A stretch of DNA of 64,000 nucleotides from an uncultured Methanosarcinales archaeon (GTDB lineage Archaea; Nanobdellota; Nanobdellia; Woesearchaeales; GW2011-AR9), in assembly GCA_964343575.1 (NCBI GenBank), contig CAYFJV010000002.1, positions 133,585 through 197,584 of the forward strand, in the 5' to 3' direction. Each line of letters opens with the position of its first letter. Positions within the stretch are counted from its first letter, which is position 1. Under the pieces are notes generated by a model, which saw nothing but the letters and a program-made list of their open reading frames with translations, was not told the origin of the DNA and did not search any database. A program made the translations under genes and the position numbers. This document shows positions 1 through 10,707 of the stretch, one piece after another.

Positions 1-271
1 CTACTCTTCCTCCAACTACAACTATTGTCTCTGTTTCTCTTTCACTGACATAATCTTCTTCTCCTATTAACCTTGTGAGTGAACCAGTAATGGTGTAAAC
101 ACATCCTGTTTCGGTGTCTTTTCTAGTAATATCTCCCCTCCTGTAAAACCCAATATCTCCATGACTCCTTCTTGCTTCTAAGTCTGCAACTAAAGTACCC
201 ACTGACCCTGGGAGCTCTCCTCTGTCAATTTTTACTCCCGCTTCTCGTTTCTTTCTTCGAAATTGTATCAT
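1..271 (-). CDS. hypothetical protein, 3' truncated by window edge
   Basis: Hand-translated MIQFRRKKREAGVKIDRGELPG... open to position 1; GGTGA SD-like motif upstream. Confidence 0.6.
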   Translation of the reverse strand, partial: MIQFRRKKREAGVKIDRGELPGSVGTLVADLEARRSHGDIGFYRRGDITRKDTETGCVYTITGSLTRLIGEEDYVSERETETIVVVGGRV

Positions 272-563
272 TCTTTCACCTTTCCCCCAAAACTAACTTG
301 TGTCTAAAATTTCTTCCTTTTTTTAAACGTTTCTGACGAATTGTCCCAAAAAAGTGACAAAAACAGAGAAATTATCTGCCTTTATTCTCCGTTTCTATTC
401 CTGGATTCAGTGATGGCACTGGGCTACTGGCCAGAGCCTACGAATCTATTTAAACAAGTTTCTCTACCAATATTTCATGGCCAAGAGATTGGTCAACCTC
501 GCTTGTTAGGTGTATTTGTGCTTGGCAAGTTGAAATAAGATCCGAAAGGAAGAGGTCAAAAAA

Positions 564-962
564 ATGAGTGAAACATACAAAAAGAGCTATGAAAGTAGCA
601 ACAATGGAAAAAGGAATTCTAAGAAGCTTTCTTCTTATAATGAAGAAGTTGGTGAGCCACTTAAGGTAGTTACCGAATATGTGGCAGAAGAAAACGCAAA
701 AGCAAAGGGAAATTTTCCTAAAAAGAAGTACAAAGCAGGAGCAATCACTGCAACTGTTTGGGAAAACAAGGGTAAAGATGCTAAGGGCCTAGAGCATAGT
801 TATCAAACAATTTCTTTGGAGCGTGTATATCAAGATAGGGAAGGGCAGTGGAAAAGTACTAACTCCTTTCGAGTCAACGACTTACCAAAAGTGAACTTGC
901 TTATGAGTAAGGTTTACGAAGAATTGGTATTGAAAGAACAACAACTATTTAGGTCATCATAA
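564..962 (+). CDS. conserved hypothetical protein, possible PC4/Whirly-like ssDNA-binding protein
   Basis: [10 protein letters not shown]...[20 protein letters not shown] beta-rich aromatic motif; GAGGT SD; adjacent to radA. Confidence 0.6.
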   Translation: MSETYKKSYESSNNGKRNSKKLSSYNEEVGEPLKVVTEYVAEENAKAKGNFPKKKYKAGAITATVWENKGKDAKGLEHSYQTISLERVYQDREGQWKSTNSFRVNDLPKVNLLMSKVYEELVLKEQQLFRSS

Positions 963-984
963 AATGGAAAAGGGGTCAGATAAA

Positions 985-1938
985 ATGGCAGCAGAAGCAG
1001 AAAAGATGGAAACAAGTATTCTTAATTTACCGGGGGTTGGTGCAGCAACCGCAGAAAAACTTACCAGTGCAGGATTTCACGATATGCTTGCAGTAGCAGT
1101 AGCAAGTCCTTCAAGACTTGTAGAGTCGGCGGGAGTTTCTGAAGCAGTTGCTCGAAAAATGATTAATGCAGCTCGAGATAGCATGAAGATGGGTTTTGAG
1201 ACTGGCGCTGATGTCATGAAAAAGCGTGAGCTTGTCATGAAGATTAGCACAGGGTCAGATAACTTTGATACACTTTTGGATGGAGGTTTTGAGACGGGCG
1301 CAATTTGCGAATGTTTTGGTGAGTTTGGTTCGGGAAAAACACAAGTTGGTCATGTGCTTGCTGTGCAAACATTGAAGATGGATCCCGATGCTTCAGTTGT
1401 GTATATTGATACTGAGAATACTTTTCGTCCAGAAAGGATAATTCAGTTAGCAACTGCTATTGGTTTAGATCCAGAGGAAGCTTTGAATAAGATTATGGTG
1501 GCTCGGGCGTATAACTCGGATCACCAGATGCTTCTTGCTGAAAAAGTTGAGAGTTTGATTAAGGAGCAGGGCAAAAAAGTTCGTCTTGTTGTGGTTGATT
1601 CTCTTACTGCGCACTTTCGAGCAGAATTTATTGGTCGAGGAACGCTTGCTGAGCGGCAGCAGAAGCTGAACAGACACATGCATGTGCTTGGAAGGCTGTC
1701 TAGCACCTATAACTTGTGTGTTTTTGTCACCAATCAAGTTATGGCAAAGCCAGATCAGTTCTTTGGAGACCCAACTCAGGCAATTGGGGGCCACGTTGTA
1801 GCTCACGCTTCCACATTTCGTATCTATCTTCGTAAGGGGAAGAAGGGAAGTAGGGTTGCTAAGTTAATTGATGCGCCAAACTTACCTGATGGAGAAGCTG
1901 CTTTCTTTGTGGAAGAGGGTGGATTTAGGGATTTTTGA
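985..1938 (+). CDS. radA: DNA repair and recombination protein RadA
   Basis: N-terminal HhH LPGVG; Walker [25 protein letters not shown] Walker B; start may instead be 964. Confidence 0.97.
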   Translation: MAAEAEKMETSILNLPGVGAATAEKLTSAGFHDMLAVAVASPSRLVESAGVSEAVARKMINAARDSMKMGFETGADVMKKRELVMKISTGSDNFDTLLDGGFETGAICECFGEFGSGKTQVGHVLAVQTLKMDPDASVVYIDTENTFRPERIIQLATAIGLDPEEALNKIMVARAYNSDHQMLLAEKVESLIKEQGKKVRLVVVDSLTAHFRAEFIGRGTLAERQQKLNRHMHVLGRLSSTYNLCVFVTNQVMAKPDQFFGDPTQAIGGHVVAHASTFRIYLRKGKKGSRVAKLIDAPNLPDGEAAFFVEEGGFRDF

Positions 1939-2051
1939 AGCCGCAGTTTGTTCTTCTTTTTCCCTTCTTTTTTCCTTCTCTTTTAAGGTAAGCTTTTTAT
2001 AGTATGCTGGCTGCTAAGGGACTATAATCAATTCATGAGAGGTATAATTAA

Positions 2052-2375
2052 ATGAATGAACAAGTAGCTCCAATTAGTGAGGGGGAAACCCATGAAGTGT
2101 CTATCAAATCTGTCGGTGAAAAAGGCGATGGAATTGCTCGAATCAATGGATTTGTCGTTTTTGTCTCCGGGACAAAAAAGGGCGATTATGTAAAAGTAAA
2201 AATTACAAAAGTGCTTCCAAAAGTAGGATTTGCACAAGTTCTTGAAAAGCTTGAAAGGCCAAAGAAAAAGCATTTTGTGCAAGTGAGCATGGATGAGCTT
2301 AAACAAGAAGAAGATCTTGGACCTTCTCCAGATGATACTGATGATTTTGGAGCGGACCTTGATGATGAAGATTAG
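2052..2375 (+). CDS. single TRAM-domain RNA-binding protein with acidic tail
   Basis: GEKGDGIARINGFVVFV...GDYVKVKITKV TRAM signature. Confidence 0.9.
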   Translation: MNEQVAPISEGETHEVSIKSVGEKGDGIARINGFVVFVSGTKKGDYVKVKITKVLPKVGFAQVLEKLERPKKKHFVQVSMDELKQEEDLGPSPDDTDDFGADLDDED

Positions 2376-2417
2376 TTCTTGATTAGTTTCTTCTTCTATC
2401 CTTTTATTTTCTGTTTG

Positions 2418-2568
2418 GCTTTGTGGGAAATGTTACGGGGGCGAATACGCAAGGGCAACGAAATTCATTAAGAAGCGGCGAGCCAACCTGAGCGTTTCTC
2501 CAAAACGCGATGGAAGAGGCGGCTCCCAGCCACGCCCCGTACGAGCGAAGCGAGATTTCCCACAAAGC
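2418..2568. repeat. structured intergenic element closed by a perfect 14-bp inverted repeat (ncRNA or REP/MITE-like)
   Basis: GCTTTGTGGGAAAT 2418-2431 / ATTTCCCACAAAGC 2555-2568; nested stems; GAGCGAAGCGAG at 2543-2554. Confidence 0.6.
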
Positions 2569-2620
2569 TCCCTATGAAGCAAACTATATAAAGCACTGAT
2601 TCTTGTTTCTTCTTGGTGGT

Positions 2621-4942
2621 ATGATGCAATACGTTGCTTGGTTTAAAGATCTTGATAAAACTTCTATTCCCTTAGCTGGTGGTAAGGGAGCAAACTTGGG
2701 AGAGATGTTTCAAAACAATTTTCCTGTTCCAAATGGTTTTGCTGTAACTGCACAAACTTACAAAGAGTTTATTGAAAAGCAAGGTATCAAAGAAAAAATT
2801 CTTTCCTGGCTTTCTGATTTGAATGTTGAGAAAACAACTGAGCTGCAAGATAAGGCAAAGCAAATTCAGGATTTGATTCGTTCCACTCCGATCCCAGAAG
2901 AAATTGAGGATGCAATTGTTGAGAGTTATGAATTGCTTGGTGCCGATGAGAAGAGTGCTGCAAGTTTGTTGCAGGGTGAAGAGTGTTTTGTGGCTGTGCG
3001 TAGTTCAGCTACCGCTGAGGATTTACCAGATGCAAGTTTTGCAGGTCAGCAAGCAAGTTTTTTGAATGTAAGGGGTGGTAGGGCTTTGATTGAAGCGGTG
3101 CGCAATTGTTGGGCATCTCTGTTTACCGCTCGTGCAATTTATTATCGAACGAAACAAGGTTTTGCTCATGATAAAGTACTTATCTCTGCTATTGTGCAGC
3201 GCATGGTGAATTCTGAGCGAAGTGGTGTAATGTTTACTGTTAACCCGAGCACTAATGATGGAAAGGAGCTTGTGGTGGAAGCAGTTTATGGCTTGGGAGA
3301 AACCATTGTTGGGGGGCAAGTAACTCCGGATTTGTATTTAGTTGATAAGGAGAAAAAAGAAATTTCTAAGGTTGAAGTTAAGAAGCAGACTTGGGGGTTG
3401 TTTCGTGATGGGCACGGTCAGAACTTTAAGAAAGAGATTCCGGTTAGTGATCAGAAACAGCGCGTTCTTCATGATAAATTTGTTTTAGAACTTGCTCGAA
3501 TTGGCATGAAGCTTGAAGAGCATTACGGTGGACCACAAGATATTGAGTGGGCAATTGAAGGGGAGAAAGTTTTCATTGTGCAGACTCGGGCGGTGACTAC
3601 TTTCAAGAAAAAAGGAGAAGACTCTGATGAGAGTTCTGCTGGTAGCCAAGGTGGGGCAGATGCTTCTGTTGATCTTAAGGAGATCTCTGAGCCTGTTCTT
3701 TTGCAGGGAGAAACTGCTTCACAAGGAGTTGCCATTGGCCCAGTTGTTCTTGTTAAAAGCATGGCTGATCTTGGTAAGGTGAAACCAGGTGATGTACTTG
3801 TTACTGCAATGACCACTCCAGATATGGTGCCTGCAATGAAAAAAGCAAGTGCTATTGTTACCGATGAAGGAGGTTTAACTTCTCACGCTGCAATTGTGAG
3901 TAGGGAGATGGGTATTCCTTGTATCGTGGGGACTGGAGAGGCGAGTGCTAAGCTTTCTTCTGGTCAAACTGTTACTGTCTATGCAAGTAAAGGGGTTGTT
4001 TTTGATGGAGAAATTGCTGTTCTGAAATCGATGATTGGCCAGGAAAGCAATGGTGGTGAGAAGTATGCTTACGTTGAGACCAAAACCCATATCAAAGTTA
4101 TTTGTGATTTACCTGATGTCGCAGAGAAGGCGGCATTGACTAAAGCAGAAGGGGTTGGTCTTGCCCGACTTGAAATAATTATTGCAGAAGGCGGAAAACA
4201 CCCTGCTTGGTACATTCGTGAAGATAAGGATGATGATTATGTTGAATTGTTGAAAAAAGGTATTCGAAAAATTGCTGAGGCTTTTAAGGAGAAACCAGTT
4301 TGGGTACGTTGTTCTGATATTCGAACCGATGAGTACAGAAATCTTGTCGGTGGAAAAGATGAGCCAGATGAAGATAATCCAATGATGGGTTGGCATGCAA
4401 TTCGAAGGCTACTTGATGAACCAAGAATTTTGAAAGCAGAGTTTAAGGCTGTTAAGGAACTCCATGAAGAGGGTTTGACCAACGTTGGAGTTATGCTTCC
4501 TTTTGTCATTCGTGTTGAAGAGCTTCGTGCTGCGAAGAAGATCATGCGAGAAGTCGGTTTGAAACCCGTCGAAGAGATCGACTTTGGTGTGATGGTAGAA
4601 ACTCCAGCCGCGTGTTGGATTATTGAAGAGCTTTGTAAAGAAGAGATTAGTTTTGTTTCTTTTGGAACTAACGATCTGACCCAATTGACCCTTGGCATTG
4701 ATAGAAATAACGAGCGTATTGCTTCTTTATTTGATGAAATGCATCCCGCTGTTCTTGGCGAGATTGCAAAAGTAATTGCTGTGTGTAAAGAACATGGGGT
4801 TGAGACCAGCATTTGTGGCCAGGCGGGTAGTAAACCTGAGATGGTAAAATTCTTGGTTAAGTGTGGGATTGATTCGATTAGCGCAAATAGAGATGCTGTT
4901 GCTAAGATTCGTCACATTGTTGCTAAAATTGAGAAAAAATAG
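2621..4942 (+). CDS. ppsA: phosphoenolpyruvate synthase
   Basis: GGKGANLGEM, VAVRSSATAED, TSHAAIVSRE phospho-His motif, SFGTNDLTQ, ICGQ. Confidence 0.97.
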   Translation: MMQYVAWFKDLDKTSIPLAGGKGANLGEMFQNNFPVPNGFAVTAQTYKEFIEKQGIKEKILSWLSDLNVEKTTELQDKAKQIQDLIRSTPIPEEIEDAIVESYELLGADEKSAASLLQGEECFVAVRSSATAEDLPDASFAGQQASFLNVRGGRALIEAVRNCWASLFTARAIYYRTKQGFAHDKVLISAIVQRMVNSERSGVMFTVNPSTNDGKELVVEAVYGLGETIVGGQVTPDLYLVDKEKKEISKVEVKKQTWGLFRDGHGQNFKKEIPVSDQKQRVLHDKFVLELARIGMKLEEHYGGPQDIEWAIEGEKVFIVQTRAVTTFKKKGEDSDESSAGSQGGADASVDLKEISEPVLLQGETASQGVAIGPVVLVKSMADLGKVKPGDVLVTAMTTPDMVPAMKKASAIVTDEGGLTSHAAIVSREMGIPCIVGTGEASAKLSSGQTVTVYASKGVVFDGEIAVLKSMIGQESNGGEKYAYVETKTHIKVICDLPDVAEKAALTKAEGVGLARLEIIIAEGGKHPAWYIREDKDDDYVELLKKGIRKIAEAFKEKPVWVRCSDIRTDEYRNLVGGKDEPDEDNPMMGWHAIRRLLDEPRILKAEFKAVKELHEEGLTNVGVMLPFVIRVEELRAAKKIMREVGLKPVEEIDFGVMVETPAACWIIEELCKEEISFVSFGTNDLTQLTLGIDRNNERIASLFDEMHPAVLGEIAKVIAVCKEHGVETSICGQAGSKPEMVKFLVKCGIDSISANRDAVAKIRHIVAKIEKK

Positions 4943-5030
4943 TTCCCTTCATGTCCATTAAATGGCCATCATTTGGGGACAGTTTTATAAATGGTCTTTT
5001 CTTCTTTCCTCCTGTTTATTTGTGGTGGAG

Positions 5031-8000
5031 ATGGTCTTCTCTAAAAGAGGTGAAATTAGTGTATTGGTGGTGCTCGCAGTTGCAGCGCTAGCTCTTGGTT
5101 TTTCCTTTCTTCAAGGAGGAGAAGTTTTAGATGCACTTACTGGGGCGGCAGTGACTGATTCTGGACTTGGAGCGCAAGGAGAAATTTCTGTTGGAAACGC
5201 AGATGGTTTGCTTGTGTATGTTCCTGATTCTCCAGGAACAAAATTCGAATATAGTCTTTGGAATGATACTAATAAAGACTTTAATAGCAACAGGTCGGAC
5301 ACCCAGGATTTTGGAAATCCAATTGAATGGGTACTTGTAGAAGCTGCACCGACGAGGGATGAGTTCATTATGGGGGGGCTGACTTCAACAAATCCAGAAA
5401 CTTGTTCCATTATGGTCTATGATGGGACGACAGATACTTGGGGAGATTATTCAAACATAGCGCCTTATTGTGGTAATGTAAATGATAAACGACCTCTTTC
5501 TATTGCTTATGAGCAAAGTTCTGGAGATGCGCTTATCGTTTTTGAAGGGCAGGACAACTCTGCTGGAACAACTTTTAACTATTCTTCTTGGAATGGGAGC
5601 GATTATTCAACAGTAGAATCTATCTCTCATGGGCTTGATGCAGCACGTTTACGCTGGCTTATGACTTTCCCTAAGAACAACTCTGATCATATTATGGTAG
5701 TTGGAGTCACCAGCCTTAATGATGTTTTTACTACACTTTGGAATGGAACTGATTTTGGTAGTACTCACAATGTTACTCTTACCTTGTCTTCTGATAACCG
5801 GGCTGCAAAGTTTGCTTGGGAATCTTTGAGTGGTGATGGTCTCTTAGTTTACGGAGAAAATGCTGACAATATTGACTATCAAGTGTATAATGCAAGCAAT
5901 GAAAGTTGGGATCCTGCTGTGAGAAACGCGACAATCACCGGTTCTGAAACTTCAAAATTGTGGCTTGCTTCTGATCCCAGCTCGGATGATATTTGTATCA
6001 TTAATTATGATGTTGGCGCAGATGTGAGCGCGTTTATCTGGAACGGTTCTACCTTTGATGATGGTGCTCCTTCAGAAGATACTAGTGTTGAGATAGTTGG
6101 GGGGCTAGATAACATTGATTGTAATTGGAATTCTACTCGTGGTGCAATTTTCACCTATATTGACACAGCGGCTGCAGAAGATCATATGTTGAATTATTTC
6201 ACTTATGATGGTGAAACACAGAGCTGGTCTGTTTCAGCCATTACTGATGCGAGCACCTCCCCAACAGTTGATCCTGATGAAGGAAATCTTGAGTATATTC
6301 GTTCTTACAAAAGGCCCGGGAGCGATGATTTCTTATATCTTGCCGTTGACTCAGGCAACGATCTTAATTTTATCATGTACAACAGCACAGGAGATTGGCA
6401 GACAATTAGTGCAAGTCCGGTTGATTCTGAATTGGAAGGTGGTTTAAATTTTGCTTCTTCTGATTTTGCATGGTCGGCTTATCTTGAAGATCCTGATGCT
6501 GCAACAAGCACTAGTTGTGGAGAGGTAAGTTCTGATCTTACTCTTACTAGTAATGTAACAAGCACTGGAACTTGTTTTACTTTCACTGCGAACAATACTG
6601 TTCTGGACTGTGATGGCCATTACATTAATTATTCCACAACCCAAGATGCTAATGGTTACGGTGTTGATCTTGATCTTTATTCCAATGTTACTGTTCGTAA
6701 TTGTAACATTGATCAAGGAGCAACTGGGGCAAATAACCCTCTTCGTTGTGTAAATGGAGATTCTGGTGTTGTAGAATCCACCGCTGTGACTGTCCTAGAA
6801 AACATTCGACATTTTTATTTCAGCGGCTGTAATGATTATGTCGTTCGGCACAACACTTTCAATTCTAGTACTTCTATAGCTTTTGATTGGGGGGGCGATG
6901 GGAGCAGGAATAGGATTGAGAACAACACATTAATTGGTAGTTTTAATGGAAATTTCATTGATGGAGAGAATAATACTATTCTCAACAACTATTTTGGCTC
7001 TATCACGGATCTCTCTGAGAATACTCAACTTAATGAGTTTATTTACAATAACAGTTTTGGACAAATTAATTGGACCAATGAAACCGCAGGAGGATTTATT
7101 TCTGCTATGGATGTTGGAGAAGTAGTTGGCCTTGGAGAAACGTTTTTTATTGAGGAAAACAATATCACGGTTGATGTTTCAAGTCTTGATAGTGATGGTA
7201 AGAGGCTTGATGACAGCGCCACTTTAACTTTTTTCAATGTGACTGGGAATGGGACAGCCTATGCACTTAAGGATGGCGCAGTTTGTGGAGCAAGTTGTGA
7301 GAGTATAGCTCAATCTGGCGATGATGTCCTCTTAAATGTGAGCAGTTTTAGCAGTTATAGTATCGCTTTTGATGAGGGCCCTTACGCTGAAGGAAATGTT
7401 ACGGGCTTTCCAGCAAGCTATAATGATACTGAAGAGATCGAGGTTAATATTACTTGGATTGGTGCTGCCATTCCTATTTCCACAGGAGATGTGTTGATTG
7501 AGACCAATTTTACGGGAACTCCCACGAATTATACGATGACTTTGGTTTCTGGGAATGGGAGTGATGGAGATTACAATTATACTGCTGGGGCTCTTGCTGC
7601 CGGGAACTATTACTGGAAATCTTACGCAAATAATACTGATGGAACGCTCAATTCTACTGACATTCAAGAATTTAGTATTGTTCGGACGGAGTCTAACGCT
7701 ACTGCTTACATTGATGGAAGTGCTGCAAACGCTACTGTTACCGTTAACGAGGGTGCAGATCTTTCTTGTAACGCAACGACGACCCAGGGCACACTTACTT
7801 TGTATAACAATGGGACGGAAATCAATAGTGGTTCTGGTGGAATAGAGAATAATAGTGTTAACTTTACGGTCCAAGGCGATTATAATATTACTTGTGATTA
7901 TGCTGCTAGCGAGAACTTTACCGCAAGTAGTTCTGAGCTTACTCTTACTGCTGCCCTTCCTGCTAGCTCTGTGAACCTTACCCTTAATGGGGCAAATGAT

Positions 8001-10469
8001 AATATCACAATTCCCAATGGAACATCTGCAACCCTAAATTGTACGACAATTACTGGAGACGATAGTATTAGTTTGTATAATAATGGTACTTTGATTAATG
8101 ATGGGCTTGACTCTCTACAGAATGAGACCACATTCTCTCTTGGTTATTACAATATAACTTGTATTCACCCTGAGAATGCAAACTACTCTGAGGGAAGGTC
8201 TGTGTATTGGGTGAACGCAACTGATGAAGATAATGCTCCTACTTTGGGTGGCGGTGGCGGAAATGCGCCAGGAACTTATAATGCGAGCATCTCAAAGCCT
8301 TTTGCTACCATAAATGATGATTTTGGAGTGGTGTCTGTTACTTTTGAATTCAACCTTTCCGCTGATGGGTCGCTCTCTAATCATAGTGCTAACCTTACTT
8401 CAGGAACGAACACTTCTGGAACTTGGCAGACTGAAGTAATTTATCCTGCAGGAGATTTTGCCCTCAATCTTTACGCTCTTGACACGGGAGGAAACCTTTT
8501 CACTTTTTCAACAACGGCGGGCCCAGTTGCTAAGGAAGATTCCTTCAATGTCATGAACCTTACACTTAACGAGAGTGCTGCAAACATTAGTATTAACAAC
8601 GATACTAGCGTAAACATTAGTTGTAGCAGTACGACCGGAGAGAGCCTTCTTCGTTCTCTGACTAAAGATGGTGAAACTATCAACTTGGACACTGCGGCGA
8701 GCATTTCTAACCTCACAAGTTTTCCAGTAGGAGGAGTTTATAATATCACTTGCAATCAGCCAGAGACAGAGAACTATACTGCAAACAGCACTGAGTTCTT
8801 TGTTACTGTTACAGATGATTTCTCGCCAACAGTTACCTTGAACAGTCCCGCCGCTTCTTTTGAGAACCACAGCGTTTCTACTACGACGGATCTTACATTT
8901 AACTGTTCCTCAACAGATGAATTTACAGTTGCCAATGTTTCTTTGTACTTGAGTAACGGCTCAAATGAGAATTTTGCTCTGAACCAAACTACCAGTTTTA
9001 GTTCAGGAGATGTTGAAGCAAACTGGACTGTTGTTCTGGAGGAAGGAGATTATACTTGGAATTGTCTCGCAACTGATAATTCCAGTGCAGAAACTTGGGG
9101 ATCAAGCAATAGGACATTAGATCTTGATTATGATGCAGATGGTGATGGTGTTCGAGATGATGTTGATAGTTTAAGTGGGAACGAAAGCGATGTTGATGCT
9201 GAAGGTGTAGAAGATCTCAATGTGAGCATTGGTGGAGCAGGTGTTGGAGGAAATATCACCGGAGAGCAAGAAGTTACTTTTTATGATGGAGATGAGCCTT
9301 TAATTAACTTTACATTTAACTTCAGTGATGCAGACTTTGATTTGAACAATGTTACCATTAATTCAACAAACGATTCTACTGGGGGGTCTCTGATTGTTAA
9401 TTTAGGTGGGCAATTGCCTGAAGGAGAAACCAAGGAGCTTTACATTGATGACAATGATTTTGCAGCCCTTTGTGTCAAGGATTCAGAGATTAGTTCTGTT
9501 GTAGAAATTAGCTCTGCTTGTACTGGAAGTAGTGAGATAAACTTAGATTCTTGTATCGGTGTTAGCTCTGGAGTTACTGTAAGCGGAGTGAGTTGTTATG
9601 ATCTTGGGGAACGATTTCGGATCTCTGGGCTTTCTTATTCTGGAGTTTTAGGGGAAACTACTGCTCGTGCGAGTAGCTCTAGCTCTTCAAGTTCTGGCTC
9701 CACTGGGGGAGGCGGTGGAGGCGGTTCCGGCTCTTCCTCTGTTGGTGTTGTTGGTGTGAGTGAAATTGTTGAAGGGGAACAGCACAAAGAAGTTTGGTCC
9801 GGGATTCCTGCAGGAGAACTTGCTAGCTTCGCCCTTAATGACCCTGCAATTGCCATGACTCAAGTTGGTTTTGTTGCTCAAGAAGACCTTGCAGAGGCCT
9901 GGGTTCTTGTTGAGCTTGTTGAAGATTTTGGAGAATTTTTAGCTCCAAGAAATGATCTTTATCAGGCACTTCACGTAAGCAAGGGAAGCAAAGTTGGTCC
10001 GACCCAAGTAGAAGAATTTATTCTTGATTTCAAGGTCCCTCTCTTTTGGATGACTCAAATGGGCGCTCAAGCAGAAGAAGTTATACTTTTGCATCATGAT
10101 GATGAAGGAAATGTTTGGTTTGCAGAGCAAACTTATTTAGTTAAGACAGACCGAGACTTTGCTCATTATCAGGCAACAGTTGGAGACTTTAGTTATTTTG
10201 CTATTGGTCTTGCTGAAGGCGAAGAAGCAGTTGCAGTTGTTTCCGAGGCTTTCGTGGACGAGCCAACAAACCTAGCTGGGGGAGCAACTTTCTTCCCAGA
10301 ACTCTGGGATCAAGCGAAAGAAAAATTGGGTTACTTTTGGCTTTCTGTGTTAGGGGTGTGTTTTCTTTTGTTCTTGTTCCTCTTTTCAGTTGCCGGGAAC
10401 ATGTATTATCGAAGGGCGAATTCTCGCTCACTTCGTTCACGCCGTTCTCTTGGGCGTAGGCGCAGATAG
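5031..10469 (+). CDS. giant surface glycoprotein/adhesin (propeller-like region, beta-helix, Ig-like repeats, PGF-pre-PGF-like domain, C-terminal TM)
   Basis: KRG|EIS + hydrophobic signal; LTGAAV motif; dense N-x-S/T sequons; FSYFAIG motif; Ser/Gly linker; TM followed by basic tail. Confidence 0.85.
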   Translation: MVFSKRGEISVLVVLAVAALALGFSFLQGGEVLDALTGAAVTDSGLGAQGEISVGNADGLLVYVPDSPGTKFEYSLWNDTNKDFNSNRSDTQDFGNPIEWVLVEAAPTRDEFIMGGLTSTNPETCSIMVYDGTTDTWGDYSNIAPYCGNVNDKRPLSIAYEQSSGDALIVFEGQDNSAGTTFNYSSWNGSDYSTVESISHGLDAARLRWLMTFPKNNSDHIMVVGVTSLNDVFTTLWNGTDFGSTHNVTLTLSSDNRAAKFAWESLSGDGLLVYGENADNIDYQVYNASNESWDPAVRNATITGSETSKLWLASDPSSDDICIINYDVGADVSAFIWNGSTFDDGAPSEDTSVEIVGGLDNIDCNWNSTRGAIFTYIDTAAAEDHMLNYFTYDGETQSWSVSAITDASTSPTVDPDEGNLEYIRSYKRPGSDDFLYLAVDSGNDLNFIMYNSTGDWQTISASPVDSELEGGLNFASSDFAWSAYLEDPDAATSTSCGEVSSDLTLTSNVTSTGTCFTFTANNTVLDCDGHYINYSTTQDANGYGVDLDLYSNVTVRNCNIDQGATGANNPLRCVNGDSGVVESTAVTVLENIRHFYFSGCNDYVVRHNTFNSSTSIAFDWGGDGSRNRIENNTLIGSFNGNFIDGENNTILNNYFGSITDLSENTQLNEFIYNNSFGQINWTNETAGGFISAMDVGEVVGLGETFFIEENNITVDVSSLDSDGKRLDDSATLTFFNVTGNGTAYALKDGAVCGASCESIAQSGDDVLLNVSSFSSYSIAFDEGPYAEGNVTGFPASYNDTEEIEVNITWIGAAIPISTGDVLIETNFTGTPTNYTMTLVSGNGSDGDYNYTAGALAAGNYYWKSYANNTDGTLNSTDIQEFSIVRTESNATAYIDGSAANATVTVNEGADLSCNATTTQGTLTLYNNGTEINSGSGGIENNSVNFTVQGDYNITCDYAASENFTASSSELTLTAALPASSVNLTLNGANDNITIPNGTSATLNCTTITGDDSISLYNNGTLINDGLDSLQNETTFSLGYYNITCIHPENANYSEGRSVYWVNATDEDNAPTLGGGGGNAPGTYNASISKPFATINDDFGVVSVTFEFNLSADGSLSNHSANLTSGTNTSGTWQTEVIYPAGDFALNLYALDTGGNLFTFSTTAGPVAKEDSFNVMNLTLNESAANISINNDTSVNISCSSTTGESLLRSLTKDGETINLDTAASISNLTSFPVGGVYNITCNQPETENYTANSTEFFVTVTDDFSPTVTLNSPAASFENHSVSTTTDLTFNCSSTDEFTVANVSLYLSNGSNENFALNQTTSFSSGDVEANWTVVLEEGDYTWNCLATDNSSAETWGSSNRTLDLDYDADGDGVRDDVDSLSGNESDVDAEGVEDLNVSIGGAGVGGNITGEQEVTFYDGDEPLINFTFNFSDADFDLNNVTINSTNDSTGGSLIVNLGGQLPEGETKELYIDDNDFAALCVKDSEISSVVEISSACTGSSEINLDSCIGVSSGVTVSGVSCYDLGERFRISGLSYSGVLGETTARASSSSSSSSGSTGGGGGGGSGSSSVGVVGVSEIVEGEQHKEVWSGIPAGELASFALNDPAIAMTQVGFVAQEDLAEAWVLVELVEDFGEFLAPRNDLYQALHVSKGSKVGPTQVEEFILDFKVPLFWMTQMGAQAEEVILLHHDDEGNVWFAEQTYLVKTDRDFAHYQATVGDFSYFAIGLAEGEEAVAVVSEAFVDEPTNLAGGATFFPELWDQAKEKLGYFWLSVLGVCFLLFLFLFSVAGNMYYRRANSRSLRSRRSLGRRRR
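7333..8164 (+). repeat. 832-bp direct repeat, copy 1
   Basis: Apparently identical to 11699-12530; shadow ORFs in other frames also translate identically. Confidence 0.93.
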
Positions 10470-10497
10470 TTCTCTATGTTCTAGATTTTAGTCAAAC

Positions 10498-10619
10498 AAA
10501 TTTGATCCCCACTGGTGAGACGCCAGTGGCATGCTCGCTTCGCTCAGGTCAAATTTCTGGCTCTTACCTTCCCAATCGGTGAGCTTATTTATTAGCACCA
10601 CCAGTGAACACACTGGTGG
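10498..10619. repeat. REP-like palindrome cluster
   Basis: AAATTTGATC/GGTCAAATTT stem enclosing CCACTGGTG-AGA-CGCCAGTGG and GCTCGCTTCGCTC; second hairpin CCACCAGTG-AACA-CACTGGTGG at 10598-10619. Confidence 0.6.
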
Positions 10620-10707
10620 AAAGATAAGATTCTAAGAGGTTCCTTTTGTCTTCTGCATATCTTTATAAAGCGCAAGATCTTCTTTTTCCTGTAAAAAGAG
10701 GCGCACA

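Noticed and set aside
2418..2568. 5S rRNA, tRNA, tmRNA or HDV ribozyme
   Set aside because: No 5S loop C CCGAAC, no T-loop, no HDV pseudoknot pairing found
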